Source of the DNA: Desulfatiglandales bacterium
GTDB lineage: Bacteria > Desulfobacterota > DSM-4660 > Desulfatiglandales > Desulfatiglandaceae
Direction of reading: 5' to 3'
Assembly (NCBI GenBank): GCA_963662465.1
Contig: OY759599.1
Span: forward strand, 6,848,001-6,912,000
Length of the DNA stretch: 64,000 nt
Below the pieces are notes generated by a model. That model had not been told where the DNA came from and did no database searches. It saw only the letters and a program-made list of their open reading frames with translations. Position numbers and translations under genes: made by a program. Below, piece after piece: positions 29,317 through 39,523 of this stretch; within the stretch, counting starts at the first letter, position 1; the number at the start of each line of letters is the position of its first letter.

Positions 29317-30996
29317 CTAATCATCCAGAAAATAAACGACGCCCATGTTGGCATCTACTCGGATACGCTGTCCGGTTTTAATCTTCTTCGTTCCTTCAAA
29401 TACATTGAGCACCACGGGAATGCCGAATTCACGGCCCACCACGGCCGCATGGGCCAGACTGCCGCCCCGATCGATCACCGCGCCTTTGATCAGATTGAAA
29501 ACCGGTGTCCAACTGGGCGCGGTATTGACGGCCACCAGAATATCGCCCTCCTCAACAAGGCGCAGATCTTTTTCATCCAAAATCACCCGTGCAGGTCCTT
29601 CGCAAATACCGGTTGACCCTACGACTCCATACAGGTCCGCCTTAAGTTCCGGATCCACCTCCGGCATGGCGCCCATGAGGGCTTTGAAAAATATGGGATC
29701 AGCGAGACTGGCCAAATGAGGACCGATCTCTTCGTGAGATACCCCTTCCTTGAGCAAGAAAGGCGGGTTCCCTTCCTCGCACCACCGGCCCCAGTCCGCA
29801 CGACGTTTTTCAATGATCGGGCGCAGGTCGTAGTGTTGGGGGGCGTAAATGATCTTGTGGATTTCGTCGGGAAGGAGAAAAAATATGTCTTCCTTTTTAT
29901 CAAAGGCGCCGGCGGCCACATACCGCTTACCGATGGCGATAAACGCTCTTCGGGTAATGGCAAAACAGTAGTCTTCACAGTAGTAGGAATGTTCTTCGCC
30001 ATAGGAACCGGCTTGCTGGGCAACTTTGAGCAATTTGGCGAAATAATCTTTTTGCTGGGCCGGAATCTTGGCCAAAATCTCCTTTTCGGCGGCTTCTCGT
30101 TCTTCTATGGCTTTTTTCCGCTGTTTTTCGAGATCGAATTCACTAGACCGTTTCATGTACATTTTGATGATGCCCAGGGGCGGAAATGGTTCCTCGATCC
30201 ATGAGGGATCGATCATCTCGGCCCGGCGCTGGCTTCGCCATCCGTCTTCCTGGAGAAATGCATAAAACTGATCGAGCCAAAGTTTGCCGCTTTCGTTTTC
30301 TTCCAGCAGGGGAATGATGTCTTTCGCGGAGTTTTCGGTCAGAATTTCGGAGATCCCCATCTCTTTGGCAGCTTTGGAAAGATTCCACATTCTGCGGTCC
30401 ACTTGAAAGATCTTGTTGTCGAAACCGGTTATCAACTTGAGAAAAGTGGGATGGGTGTCATCGATTTGCAGCAGCTGCTTGCATACGTTTTCAAGGAGAA
30501 CATAGGGGAACCAGGTGATGTACATACCGAGAACGTGAAAATACCACATCTTGCGCGTCACCGAAAAGCAGTCCTCCACATGCTCCCATAGTGCCCTGTT
30601 CGAAGCGTTGTCCACATCAAACTGTTTCAACCGCTCATAAAGCGGCATCAACTCCTTGACCAGCATGCCTTTCCAGTTCTTGTCGTAGTCCTCCAGATAG
30701 GGCTGAATGAAGCTCCTGAATTTTTTTTCCCTTTCCTTTGCCTCTTCGGGGTCATCGACCCGGGAAAAACCGTAATAAACACCTCCGTTTTTTAGCCGGA
30801 AAAACGTCGTTCTGGAAAACGGCAGACTGACCGCTTCCATAGCGCCGGCGCCGCCGTGATAGCAAAACATACCCCAATACCAGCCGAAAAGGGGGGTCCA
30901 CGGCGGGGTACAATGGCCTTCGTCCAACAGCCAGATGGGTGTTGCCTTAAAATCCAATTCCGGGTCAAAATCGATACACGTGGTCAGATCTTTCAT
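29317..30996 (-). CDS. PEP-utilising phospho-His swivel-domain protein (phenylphosphate synthase alpha-like), copy 1
   Basis: C-terminal GPARV...GDILV...T.PSWTP.F...GGSLAHAAVVGREFGIP. Confidence 0.88.
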   Translation of the reverse strand: MKDLTTCIDFDPELDFKATPIWLLDEGHCTPPWTPLFGWYWGMFCYHGGAGAMEAVSLPFSRTTFFRLKNGGVYYGFSRVDDPEEAKEREKKFRSFIQPYLEDYDKNWKGMLVKELMPLYERLKQFDVDNASNRALWEHVEDCFSVTRKMWYFHVLGMYITWFPYVLLENVCKQLLQIDDTHPTFLKLITGFDNKIFQVDRRMWNLSKAAKEMGISEILTENSAKDIIPLLEENESGKLWLDQFYAFLQEDGWRSQRRAEMIDPSWIEEPFPPLGIIKMYMKRSSEFDLEKQRKKAIEEREAAEKEILAKIPAQQKDYFAKLLKVAQQAGSYGEEHSYYCEDYCFAITRRAFIAIGKRYVAAGAFDKKEDIFFLLPDEIHKIIYAPQHYDLRPIIEKRRADWGRWCEEGNPPFLLKEGVSHEEIGPHLASLADPIFFKALMGAMPEVDPELKADLYGVVGSTGICEGPARVILDEKDLRLVEEGDILVAVNTAPSWTPVFNLIKGAVIDRGGSLAHAAVVGREFGIPVVLNVFEGTKKIKTGQRIRVDANMGVVYFLDD

Positions 30997-31232
30997 TTTT
31001 CTCCTCCTGTAACCGGTATGACTCGAATGGCGCAAATTTTACGAGTGCAAAGGAGCGCTCGTTACTTTTGCCTTAAGAAAATTCGGGTCGGTGAGCAATT
31101 AAGTTAGAAGTAATATAAAAAATTTCGACGCGACATTATCACCTTCTTATTCATTCGAAAACATGCCTGTTGCGAGTTCATACGCACATTGTTGAACCTG
31201 AAAGCCCGTTTAATAGAAGAAAGCCATGTCTA

Positions 31233-31261
31233 TATTTAATGTAAGTGCTGAATAGTGTCAA
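31233..31261 (-). promoter_or_regulatory. Sigma70-type promoter of the kinase/mutase operon, copy 1
   Basis: TTGACA-17 nt-TAAATA; extended motif shared with 41409, 55744 and 63862. Confidence 0.6.
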
Positions 31262-31409
31262 GCGGAATCTTTCAATGCACAACATTTTTAATGCCTCAAG
31301 CCCAAATTCGGTCGCAAATGAGGTGAACGTTAGCCTATTGTCTCTGTTTTGCTGATGCCGTTTAAGTCAAGATGAAGTATCCATTGCCGAACAATAGGGT
31401 ATGGGAATG

Positions 31410-32684
31410 TTAACCGTTGTTCTTTTCCACTGTTGGGAGATCGCTTTCTCGCTGTGCCATGACCGTTTCAAATTCTCCCAACAGGGCCTGGGCAAATACG
31501 GTATCCTCCAGGTTGGCGTCGATTTCGATGAGTTCGACGCGGTCGTTGGTCAGCAGGCGTTTCAACTCATTGACGAATATCATGTCTTCTTCAGGTGCGT
31601 AGAGTACGCCCCCCGGGGAATCGAATCCGGACCACCCCTGCATCGGAATAAAAAATTTCACCGGGCCTTTGGCCTTATTGAGCTTTTCCGCTACGGTTCC
31701 GGCGGTCAGCAACAGCTCTTCTTCATTTAACCGGGTCCCCATACGCAGTTCGTCCAGTTTGAGAATCCTGGAGCGGGAGGCATATTTGGCGGCATTTTTC
31801 CGCGTTGGCCCGCAGCCGGTTTGATTCATGCCGCAGGGTGTCATTATGAGGGGAATACCTCTTTTTCCCGCCATCTCCAATCGATGGGGACCGCCTGGGC
31901 GATTGCCTTCAAACAGTTCATCGCTCACCCCCATCAAGGCGAGATCGATGACGGCGTCGAAAAAACCTTCACCCACCAGTTTCTCCATGGCCTGGTCTCC
32001 GATGCCCTGGGCATGAAAAATTTCCACATCATATCCCTTTTCAACCAAAGCCCGGCGAAGATAGGCGGCGCATTGTTCCGATGCGCCGTCCTCGGTCATG
32101 GCCACAAGCGGCTTGTCGGTCCCCGCCAGTAGATCGGACAGCGAAACACCGGCTTGATCCACCATGCCGCAGATGGCCCCTGCCGCCCGGGTTAGAACGT
32201 TTTTTACCAGCTTGCCCATCCCGGCGATATCCACGATGGTATTCATCATCATGATATCTCCGGTCCCGAACCATTTACCGGCGTAGGCGGGCATGCCGGC
32301 CGCCGAAGAAAGCATGAGTTTGGGAATGCCGAAGGGCAGTTCCCGCATGATCGCCGTGCCCACCGTGGCGGCTCCTGCGCCGCCCATGGCCATGATCCCG
32401 TGAAGGCGATTTTGATTTAAAAGATCCTTGACTTGGTGAATCGCCCCTTGGGTCATTAAATCGGTGATCAGCCCGCGGTCGGACAAGGCGCGGATCTCCG
32501 CAGTGGTTTTCCCCGCAGCCAAGGCCACCTGGTCGCAGGTAATATCAGCAGCGGAACAGGAATGGTCTCTCGTACTGGTGTCGATGATCAGCACACGGTT
32601 TCCCCTGTTGACGATTTCGTTTTTGACATACAGTATCTGTTCCGCTTTGGTATCCAGTGTCCCTACGATGACAACCGTTTTCAT
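31410..32684 (-). CDS. Tm-1-like / UPF0261 ATP-binding domain protein
   Basis: GTLDTK.E, MRELPFGIPKLMLS, FHAQGIG, P..GWS..D..GG. Confidence 0.85.
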   Translation of the reverse strand: MKTVVIVGTLDTKAEQILYVKNEIVNRGNRVLIIDTSTRDHSCSAADITCDQVALAAGKTTAEIRALSDRGLITDLMTQGAIHQVKDLLNQNRLHGIMAMGGAGAATVGTAIMRELPFGIPKLMLSSAAGMPAYAGKWFGTGDIMMMNTIVDIAGMGKLVKNVLTRAAGAICGMVDQAGVSLSDLLAGTDKPLVAMTEDGASEQCAAYLRRALVEKGYDVEIFHAQGIGDQAMEKLVGEGFFDAVIDLALMGVSDELFEGNRPGGPHRLEMAGKRGIPLIMTPCGMNQTGCGPTRKNAAKYASRSRILKLDELRMGTRLNEEELLLTAGTVAEKLNKAKGPVKFFIPMQGWSGFDSPGGVLYAPEEDMIFVNELKRLLTNDRVELIEIDANLEDTVFAQALLGEFETVMAQRESDLPTVEKNNG

Positions 32685-32731
32685 ATGCGAATCCTCCTAA
32701 TTTCCGTCGCTGGTGCAAAACATCTCACTTT

Positions 32732-33316
32732 TCATCCCGACACGGCATCTTCGGCCGTGAGACGATCACAGATTGCCCCAAAGGCGGTTTCGATGAATCC
32801 CTCGATCTCATCGAGAACGGCGGCAACGTAATCCGGGTTGTTATGGGCAAATTCATACATCCGGTCGTCATTGGGTACGGCGGCCGTGTCAGCCCAGAGA
32901 AACTCCGTTTTTTCCGATAAAAATTCCTGTGGAAGAATGATTTTATTTGTAGCATGAGGGAAAGCGGTGACCAGATCACTTCCAAGCTCTTCCAGCATGG
33001 GGATAACGAGATCCGTTTCATCCACCATCTTTCGGGTTAATCGCTGGGACCGGTGGGTTGAGATATCCAGGCCGCGTTCGGCCATCTTTTCTTGAAGATA
33101 TCCGGACGGCTTTCGATGGAACAGGGGGTCCGGATAGGGAATCCCATGGAAATTGAACCAATCGTTGACCTGAACGCCGATGAATCCCGCAGAGGAAACC
33201 CGGATGATATGGGATTCGGGCCTGTCTTTGCGATCTAGCATCCTCTGGAAAAAGCGGGCTGCGACAACACTCCGCTTGACGTTAAAAATGCACACGAACA
33301 TGATGTTAAGGCTCAT
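32732..33316 (-). CDS. Low-molecular-weight phosphatase / ArsC-fold protein B (start uncertain)
   Basis: IMFVCIFNVKRS P-loop, VSSAG, GLDISTHRSQ, TDLVIPM. Confidence 0.75.
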   Translation of the reverse strand: MSLNIMFVCIFNVKRSVVAARFFQRMLDRKDRPESHIIRVSSAGFIGVQVNDWFNFHGIPYPDPLFHRKPSGYLQEKMAERGLDISTHRSQRLTRKMVDETDLVIPMLEELGSDLVTAFPHATNKIILPQEFLSEKTEFLWADTAAVPNDDRMYEFAHNNPDYVAAVLDEIEGFIETAFGAICDRLTAEDAVSG

Positions 33317-33410
33317 TTGCAGTCCCATTTCGCATCCGTGATCCGGAGCGTGTAAATTGGCCGGCGCCACCTGTTTGCCCGGCCGGATAAAAACAGGGAA
33401 GGGCGGTCGG

Positions 33411-34202
33411 CTACCGGGCGGTAACGCCTCCGTCCACAGCTAAAATCTGTCCGGTCATGTAACTGGATGCCTCAGATGCCAGAAACAGTGTCAGACCCTT
33501 GAGCTCAGCTGGGTTTCCCTTACGTCCGAGGGGCACGAAACTGTTGCGTTTCACTTCGAGATTCTTGGTGTTGCCGGGTTTTTGAGTGCGCTCCCGGCTC
33601 AAATCCGTCCCCCCGAACCATCCCGGTGCGATGGCGTTCACGCGGATGTGATCGCTGGCATATTCCAGGGCCGCCTGTTTGGTAAGGCCGACCACGGCGT
33701 GTTTGGCCGCCACATAGTTGGCCCTGGGCTTATGTTCCGGCGCAACGCCCCGGATCCCGGCAACTGATGCGATATTGATGATGTTCCCCGACTGCTGCTC
33801 TACCATCACCCGCAGCTCTTCTCGCATGCAGAAAAAAACGCCGGTAAGATCAATGCCGATCAATCGATTCCAATCCGACGTGGAAATGTCGTGAAACCGG
33901 CAAGGCGGGGTGACAATGCCGGCGTTGTTGATGGCGATATCCAGTCTGCCGTAGGTCGAAAGGGCGGCAGAAACCATGGCGGCGACGTCGTTGGCCGAAG
34001 ATACGTCGCCGACCACGGAGGTTGCTTCATAGCGGAGATCCTTGAATTCCGCCATGGCGCCTTCCAAGGCGGAAACGTCGAAATCGGCGCAAACCACCTT
34101 GGCGCCTGCTTCGGCCAAGGTGGTGGAAAAGAGTTTCCCTAATCCTTTTGCCGCGCCTGTTACCAGGGCGACCTTTCCTTTCAGATCCGACGTGGGGCTC
34201 AT
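33411..34202 (-). CDS. Short-chain dehydrogenase/reductase
   Basis: TGAAKGLG, NNAG, YVAAK, RVNAIAPG, VDGG. Confidence 0.93.
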   Translation of the reverse strand: MSPTSDLKGKVALVTGAAKGLGKLFSTTLAEAGAKVVCADFDVSALEGAMAEFKDLRYEATSVVGDVSSANDVAAMVSAALSTYGRLDIAINNAGIVTPPCRFHDISTSDWNRLIGIDLTGVFFCMREELRVMVEQQSGNIINIASVAGIRGVAPEHKPRANYVAAKHAVVGLTKQAALEYASDHIRVNAIAPGWFGGTDLSRERTQKPGNTKNLEVKRNSFVPLGRKGNPAELKGLTLFLASEASSYMTGQILAVDGGVTAR

Positions 34203-34223
34203 GATGTTTTCCTTTTGTCGATT

Positions 34224-34328
34224 TTTCAGAGAATTCAGGAGCCGGAATAGAAGGTTGGTGCTTTTTTATATTCTGAATTCCGGCCCCTGACGCCTGAATT
34301 TTTGGGTTGCGGGCGCAACCCGCGTTAG
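34224..34328. repeat. Intergenic inverted-repeat element (second copy at about 56692-56795)
   Basis: AATTCAGG...CCTGAATT arms plus GGGTTGCG..CGCAACCC hairpin. Confidence 0.5.
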
Positions 34329-35996
34329 TTAGTAAGATCTTCCTTTGAGTTCCCAGTGCTTCTTCAAGCCGTACTTGTCGGCGATGATCTTGTAGCAGTT
34401 ATAGCCGCAGGATCCCCGGATGCCCCCGCCCACGTGGGTGGTGGCCGAACAGAGGAAGAGGTTGTCCACCGGCGTCTGGTACTGACTCAATTCGGGAATC
34501 GGTCGGAACCGACCCATCTGACTCGGGATCATGGCGCCCACGCTCACGGAACTGTTGATAAAGTTGATGTTTTTCCGGCTGGTTTCCATGCAGGTGTCAA
34601 AGTAGCTGTCGATAACATTTTTTTCGGTCATGTTATCGGAATAAATCTGGTACTGTTTCAGCAGTTCCTTGGGAAACTCTCTTCTCATCTCGGCCCATCT
34701 GGCTTCGGAGAAGTATTTCATCTCTCCGGTATACTGCTCGATTTGAACAAGATGCTTTCCTTCGGGCACCCGTGTTTTATCCCAGATAGAGTCCGGACCG
34801 GCGAACCAGCATAACTTTTTGGGAATTCCGTACATGGAGCATTCCAGTTTTTGCCTGTCCGCTATATATTCCACGTCTTTCGGACCGATGAGGGTTCGGG
34901 GCATGGCATTGCAGTCGGGGTTGAAGGCCGCCGCCTTGAACTCGGTTGGCTCGTGCATGGCAAAGGTTCCCCAGAATGCCGCACACATCCGGTCGTAGCG
35001 GATATTCTTGACCTTTCGAACCAGGTTGTAGTCGAATTGGTCTTCTCCGATAAACCGCAGGAGGGTCTGGTTGAGGTCCACGTCGGAAACCACGCACTGT
35101 TTAGCCGTAATTTCATCCCCGTGTACGGTGCGAACACCGGTGGCCTTTCCGTTTTCCACCAGAATTTTTTCGATCTCGTTTTCCACGAAAAATTTTCCGC
35201 CCCTGGACACAAAGGCCCGTTGCATGGCATGGGCAACCGAGTGGGAACCACCCATTACCGTTGCCGGGGGGGTGATGTTCAAGCAGGTCATGATCGTATG
35301 GATTACGTTAAACAATCCCAAAGGGTCTTCCGGCCAGTTTCCGGTGCTGGTTTGAAGGCCCCGCAAAAAATAACACTGCATCTCAGGACTATCGAAAAGT
35401 TCGCGAGCCATCTCGGTACCGCTCATCACCTCCCACCGTGGATCCATACCGGACTCGGGGTCCTGAAGCAGCTGTTCCAGGGCGTCCGGGGTGCCAAATG
35501 GCGTGGGCGGGTTGAACATATAATCGCGATAGGCTTTTTTCCATTTCTTCTCTACCCGTTCGAGAAGATCAAAGGCCGTGTCCGCATCCCTTTGTGAAAA
35601 TCTGGAAATCTCCTTTAAGGTTTTTTCCAGGTTTTCGCTGGATCGGGCGGTTTCACCAGTGTTATGGTCCACCACTTGGTAAACGGGATAGGTGACCAGG
35701 CAGGTTTCATCGTCAAAGATCATGCCCTGGCCCGCTTCGGGGAATATTTGTTTGAGTCCGTATTCTCCGAGGTTGAAATCCTCGTAGCAGGGCGTCGTAT
35801 AAAAACGAACATTGGTTGCGCAGGTGTTGGTGATGAATCCGGGCAACGGCACTTCATCCCCGCACAACCCCCCTCCGATTTCCATGTTTCGTTCAAAAAC
35901 CGCGGTCTGTACACCGGCATCCTGGAGGTAAAGCGCCACCAGTAGCCCGTTTGCGCCGCCTCCGATTACCAATGCGTCATAGCTTTTGTCCGCCAT
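34329..35996 (-). CDS. Phytoene-desaturase-family (COG1233-like) FAD oxidoreductase 2, copy 1
   Basis: IGGGANG, IGGG, GGSH, FRP.P.LSQY.TPV.NLFLC.A.TH.GGG..G..G. Confidence 0.87.
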   Translation of the reverse strand: MADKSYDALVIGGGANGLLVALYLQDAGVQTAVFERNMEIGGGLCGDEVPLPGFITNTCATNVRFYTTPCYEDFNLGEYGLKQIFPEAGQGMIFDDETCLVTYPVYQVVDHNTGETARSSENLEKTLKEISRFSQRDADTAFDLLERVEKKWKKAYRDYMFNPPTPFGTPDALEQLLQDPESGMDPRWEVMSGTEMARELFDSPEMQCYFLRGLQTSTGNWPEDPLGLFNVIHTIMTCLNITPPATVMGGSHSVAHAMQRAFVSRGGKFFVENEIEKILVENGKATGVRTVHGDEITAKQCVVSDVDLNQTLLRFIGEDQFDYNLVRKVKNIRYDRMCAAFWGTFAMHEPTEFKAAAFNPDCNAMPRTLIGPKDVEYIADRQKLECSMYGIPKKLCWFAGPDSIWDKTRVPEGKHLVQIEQYTGEMKYFSEARWAEMRREFPKELLKQYQIYSDNMTEKNVIDSYFDTCMETSRKNINFINSSVSVGAMIPSQMGRFRPIPELSQYQTPVDNLFLCSATTHVGGGIRGSCGYNCYKIIADKYGLKKHWELKGRSY

Positions 35997-36014
35997 CGTG
36001 ATTCCTCCTTAAAA

Positions 36015-36323
36015 TTATGCTGCCTGCTCTTGTAGTTCAGCCTGTTTTTTTTTACCCCTGCGAAACAAAAGACCGAAACCCGAAAATAGAATCCAGGGGC
36101 GGCAACAGACCATCCAAAGTATTTGTCGAAGGTCGCTCGGTTCAATAAAGATTCTCACCTGCCAGTTTACGGGCTCAAGCGTCTCCATGGTCATGAGCAT
36201 GCGGACCGGTTCTTTACCGTCTTCCGACGGGGTCAGGGTTTCCGGTACCATGTCCGTGGTTTCGATTTTGGCCACCTCTGCCAAAAGCAGCGTTCTCCCC
36301 AAGCCTGTTGATCGAATAAGCAT
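36015..36323 (-). CDS. Hypothetical protein (102 aa) between the two flavoproteins, copy 1
   Basis: MLIRSTGLGRT...; RBS present; identical to 58482-58790; hydrophobic then basic C-terminus. Confidence 0.75.
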   Translation of the reverse strand: MLIRSTGLGRTLLLAEVAKIETTDMVPETLTPSEDGKEPVRMLMTMETLEPVNWQVRIFIEPSDLRQILWMVCCRPWILFSGFGLLFRRGKKKQAELQEQAA

Positions 36324-36340
36324 AATGTCTCTCCCTGTGA

Positions 36341-37957
36341 TTAAAAAAGTCCGGCAGCCTTGCCCGGCGCAAAGATTTCGGGTTCCTTCCACCATTTTTC
36401 GATCCCCAGATCTTCCGCAATGGTTTGCGTTGCGCAATAACCGGGACCGTAAGTGATCATTCCGCCGGAATGGGTGCAAGCCCCGCACATGTACAACCCC
36501 TTGATGGGCGTGGAATGCTCCGAGAGGATTTCATTGGGCCGGTAAAATCCCATCTGAAGGGGGGTATAGGCCCCCTGCTTGAAACAGCCCTGTTTCATGT
36601 TCGGGAATTTGTTTTCAATATCCAGCGGCGTACTTAGGTAATCCCATATGATGGTATCGTCGTTAATGTTGGTCGCATACTGGCTCAATTTATTTTTGCA
36701 TCGTTCCGCATGTTCCCGGCGCATCTCGTACCATGCTTCAGCCCCGCCGTTTTCCAGTTTGTAGGGGGCTTCCTGGGTGATGAGTCCTACGGCGCCGCCG
36801 TTCATCACCCGGATGGGGTCATGGACCGAGGGAAAGCAACAGGAAAAACCGGAATCGATGAGCTGGCCCTTCTTGATGGCCTCAAAATGATCGATGAGGT
36901 CCTGATCGCTGTCGTAGCCCAGCACGTAGATCAGCGCATTGTCCAGTTCGGGATTGGATTCCGCGATTTTAAGCCGGGGTCTTTCCTTCAACGCCATGTG
37001 GACATTGAAGTAGCTCCAGTCGGTGTATTTCCAGTTTTTTATGCGTTTCAGCAGGTAGTCATCCAGGTGTTCCGGTCCTACCATGTCGATGAGTGTCTGC
37101 TGGGGGTTCAGGGAGCTGGCCACAAACTTTCCGGCCGTGATTGTGGCGCCGTCCTTTAATGCCACCCCTTTTACCTCGCCGTTTTCGATGATTAAATTTT
37201 GAACGAGCATTCCGGAAAGAATTCTGCCGCCGTTTTCCACAAAGTTCTTGGCCATCAGATGGGTTACGTGATGGGATCCGCCCCGGCAGAGCCTCAGGTG
37301 CCATCCCCGGTTGATGAATAGAGGGACAAGGAATCCCACGCCCTCCAGATCGTAGTCCAAGCCCCACATGGTGGCCAGATAGAGAAACAGTCCCCGCACT
37401 CGTTCGTTTTCGAACAGGTCGTCAACGATTTGCTTCGGCGTCAACCCGGTCATTTCCTCGTCTCGCCGGATGATGGGATTGGCGTTGAGTTTTGCCACCT
37501 GTTCCAGGGGCGGGATGGGATTGACATAGCTGGCCGGCGCCAGAAATAGATCAACGGCTTCCTGGGACCACTGGGCGAACTCCCTGAAGGTCTCCGCGTC
37601 TTTCTCGGAGAATTTGCGAATCGATTCGCAGGTCCGTTCAGGGTCTTTGTACATAGCCAGATGGGTGCCGTCCGAGAAGGGCATGACCACCTGCAGGTCG
37701 GGGTAGATCCATTTTAGGTCGTACCGGGTATCCAGTTCCAAATCCGCGAGAGGCGGGGCATATTCCACCATCATATGGTAGATGGCATGGGTATCGTGGA
37801 GAAACCCCGGAGATGTAACCTGCTCCGTGGCCAACCCCCCGCCGATCTCATAGCGTTTGTCTAGCAAAAGAATTTTCAAACCGGCTTTTGCCAGATAGGT
37901 AGCTACCGTCATTCCGTTGGGTCCTGCGCCGATGATAATCCCGTCATAATCTGCCAT
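36341..37957 (-). CDS. Phytoene-desaturase-family (COG1233-like) FAD oxidoreductase 1, copy 1
   Basis: IGAGPNG, GGGLATE...PGF.H, GGSH, TPIKGLYMCGACTHSGG...GPG. Confidence 0.88.
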   Translation of the reverse strand: MADYDGIIIGAGPNGMTVATYLAKAGLKILLLDKRYEIGGGLATEQVTSPGFLHDTHAIYHMMVEYAPPLADLELDTRYDLKWIYPDLQVVMPFSDGTHLAMYKDPERTCESIRKFSEKDAETFREFAQWSQEAVDLFLAPASYVNPIPPLEQVAKLNANPIIRRDEEMTGLTPKQIVDDLFENERVRGLFLYLATMWGLDYDLEGVGFLVPLFINRGWHLRLCRGGSHHVTHLMAKNFVENGGRILSGMLVQNLIIENGEVKGVALKDGATITAGKFVASSLNPQQTLIDMVGPEHLDDYLLKRIKNWKYTDWSYFNVHMALKERPRLKIAESNPELDNALIYVLGYDSDQDLIDHFEAIKKGQLIDSGFSCCFPSVHDPIRVMNGGAVGLITQEAPYKLENGGAEAWYEMRREHAERCKNKLSQYATNINDDTIIWDYLSTPLDIENKFPNMKQGCFKQGAYTPLQMGFYRPNEILSEHSTPIKGLYMCGACTHSGGMITYGPGYCATQTIAEDLGIEKWWKEPEIFAPGKAAGLF

Positions 37958-38082
37958 GTTTTTATCTCCTATTTAAATACTAATCAAAGCGTGATCGGTT
38001 GATAAATTGTCGTCATATCCCATCTATCTCTTTCATTGTCGATGTGTCGGACAAGGAGCCGAGATATTCGGAACTTCTTTTT

Positions 38083-39522
38083 TTACACAACTCCCCGGGA
38101 AAAGGCGGATACGGCGGCAATTGCCGCTATTTTCTTTTTTTCGAAATGCTCATCTTGTGCCATAAACTGTTTTATATCATCCATAAGGGTGACTTCATTT
38201 TCGATAAAATGGGTCCCCAAATCGCCCGTTATAAAGCGCGGGTTTTCCATGACGGCTTTGTGGAACGCTATATTATTCTTGACTCCGGCGATGACGAATT
38301 CGTAAAGGGCCCGACGCATTCTAATGATGGCTTCATCTCGATCCCTTCCCCATACGACGAGCTTCGATATCATGGAGTCGTAAAAAGGGGGTATGGTGTA
38401 ATGGGTATGGACACCGCTATCCACTCGAATTCCGATCCCTCCGGGGGCCTGATACGCTTTGATCTTGCCCGGTGTGGGAACAAAGTCTTCCAACGGATCC
38501 TCTGCGTTGATGCGGCATTCGATGGCCCATCCGTTCATGGGAACCGCTTCCTGCTTGATGCTGAGGGACAATCCGGAAGCGATCCGTATCTGCTCTTTGA
38601 CGATATCGATTCCGGTAACCATTTCCGTAACCGGATGTTCTACCTGAACCCGGGCATTAACTTCGAGAAAGTAGAAGTTTCCGTCGGAAAATAGGAATTC
38701 TACGGTTCCCGCCCCTTCGTAATTTACCCATTTGGCGGCGTTTACGGCAATCTCTCCAATTTCTTTCCGCAGTTCAGAGGTTACCGCCGGTGAGGGCGCT
38801 TCCTCTATCAGCTTTTGATGTCTCCGCTGAATTGAACATTCACGTTCGCCTAAATGGATGACATTCCCCTTTGAATCTCCCAATATCTGAATTTCAATGT
38901 GACGCGGGTTGTTTAGGTATTTTTCTATATACACATCGCCCAGTCCGAAAGTGGTGGAAGCAATCGCCTGTGAATAACCAAGGGCATCTTGCAATTGATC
39001 ATCGTCCATCACAATGCTCATTCCGATTCCCCCGCCACCACCGGAAGGCTTGATAATCACCGGGTATCCAATGTCGTTGGCCATGCTTCTTGCCTGCTCA
39101 TATTCCGCTACACATTCATCCGTTCCCGGAACCACGGGGACACCCGCTTTCTCCAATTCGCGCCTGGCAGCTATTTTATCACCCAAAAGTTCGATTACTT
39201 TGCTGGAGGGGCCGATGAATTTTATGCCTTCCCGTTCGCAGGCAGCGGCAAATTGTGAATTCTCCGCAAGAAAGCCGTATCCGGGGTGGATCGCATCTGC
39301 GCCGCTTTCCTCGGCGACTTCAAGGATCTTTTGAATGTTGAGGTAGCTGGCCCTTGCCGGTGGCGGACCGATTAAATAGGCTTCATCCGCATATTGGGTA
39401 AAGGATGCATTTTTGTCCGCCTCCGAATAAACGGCAACGGAAGGGATTCCGAGTTCCCTGCAAGCCCGCATGATCCGAATCGCTATTTCTCCACGATTTG
39501 CGATGAGAATTTTGTTGAGCAT
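38083..39522 (-). CDS. Biotin carboxylase subunit (PycA/AccC-like), copy 1
   Basis: [57 protein letters not shown]. Confidence 0.95.
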   Translation of the reverse strand: MLNKILIANRGEIAIRIMRACRELGIPSVAVYSEADKNASFTQYADEAYLIGPPPARASYLNIQKILEVAEESGADAIHPGYGFLAENSQFAAACEREGIKFIGPSSKVIELLGDKIAARRELEKAGVPVVPGTDECVAEYEQARSMANDIGYPVIIKPSGGGGGIGMSIVMDDDQLQDALGYSQAIASTTFGLGDVYIEKYLNNPRHIEIQILGDSKGNVIHLGERECSIQRRHQKLIEEAPSPAVTSELRKEIGEIAVNAAKWVNYEGAGTVEFLFSDGNFYFLEVNARVQVEHPVTEMVTGIDIVKEQIRIASGLSLSIKQEAVPMNGWAIECRINAEDPLEDFVPTPGKIKAYQAPGGIGIRVDSGVHTHYTIPPFYDSMISKLVVWGRDRDEAIIRMRRALYEFVIAGVKNNIAFHKAVMENPRFITGDLGTHFIENEVTLMDDIKQFMAQDEHFEKKKIAAIAAVSAFSRGVV

Positions 39523-39523
39523 T

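Noticed and set aside
36324..36488. N-terminal extension making the small protein 157 aa
   Set aside because: It overlaps the upstream flavoprotein and is absent from the copy-2 ORF; the RBS supports the 36323 start.
34329..37957. Carotenoid biosynthesis (crtI)
   Set aside because: No phytoene synthase or prenyltransferase nearby; the context is CoA-dependent catabolism.
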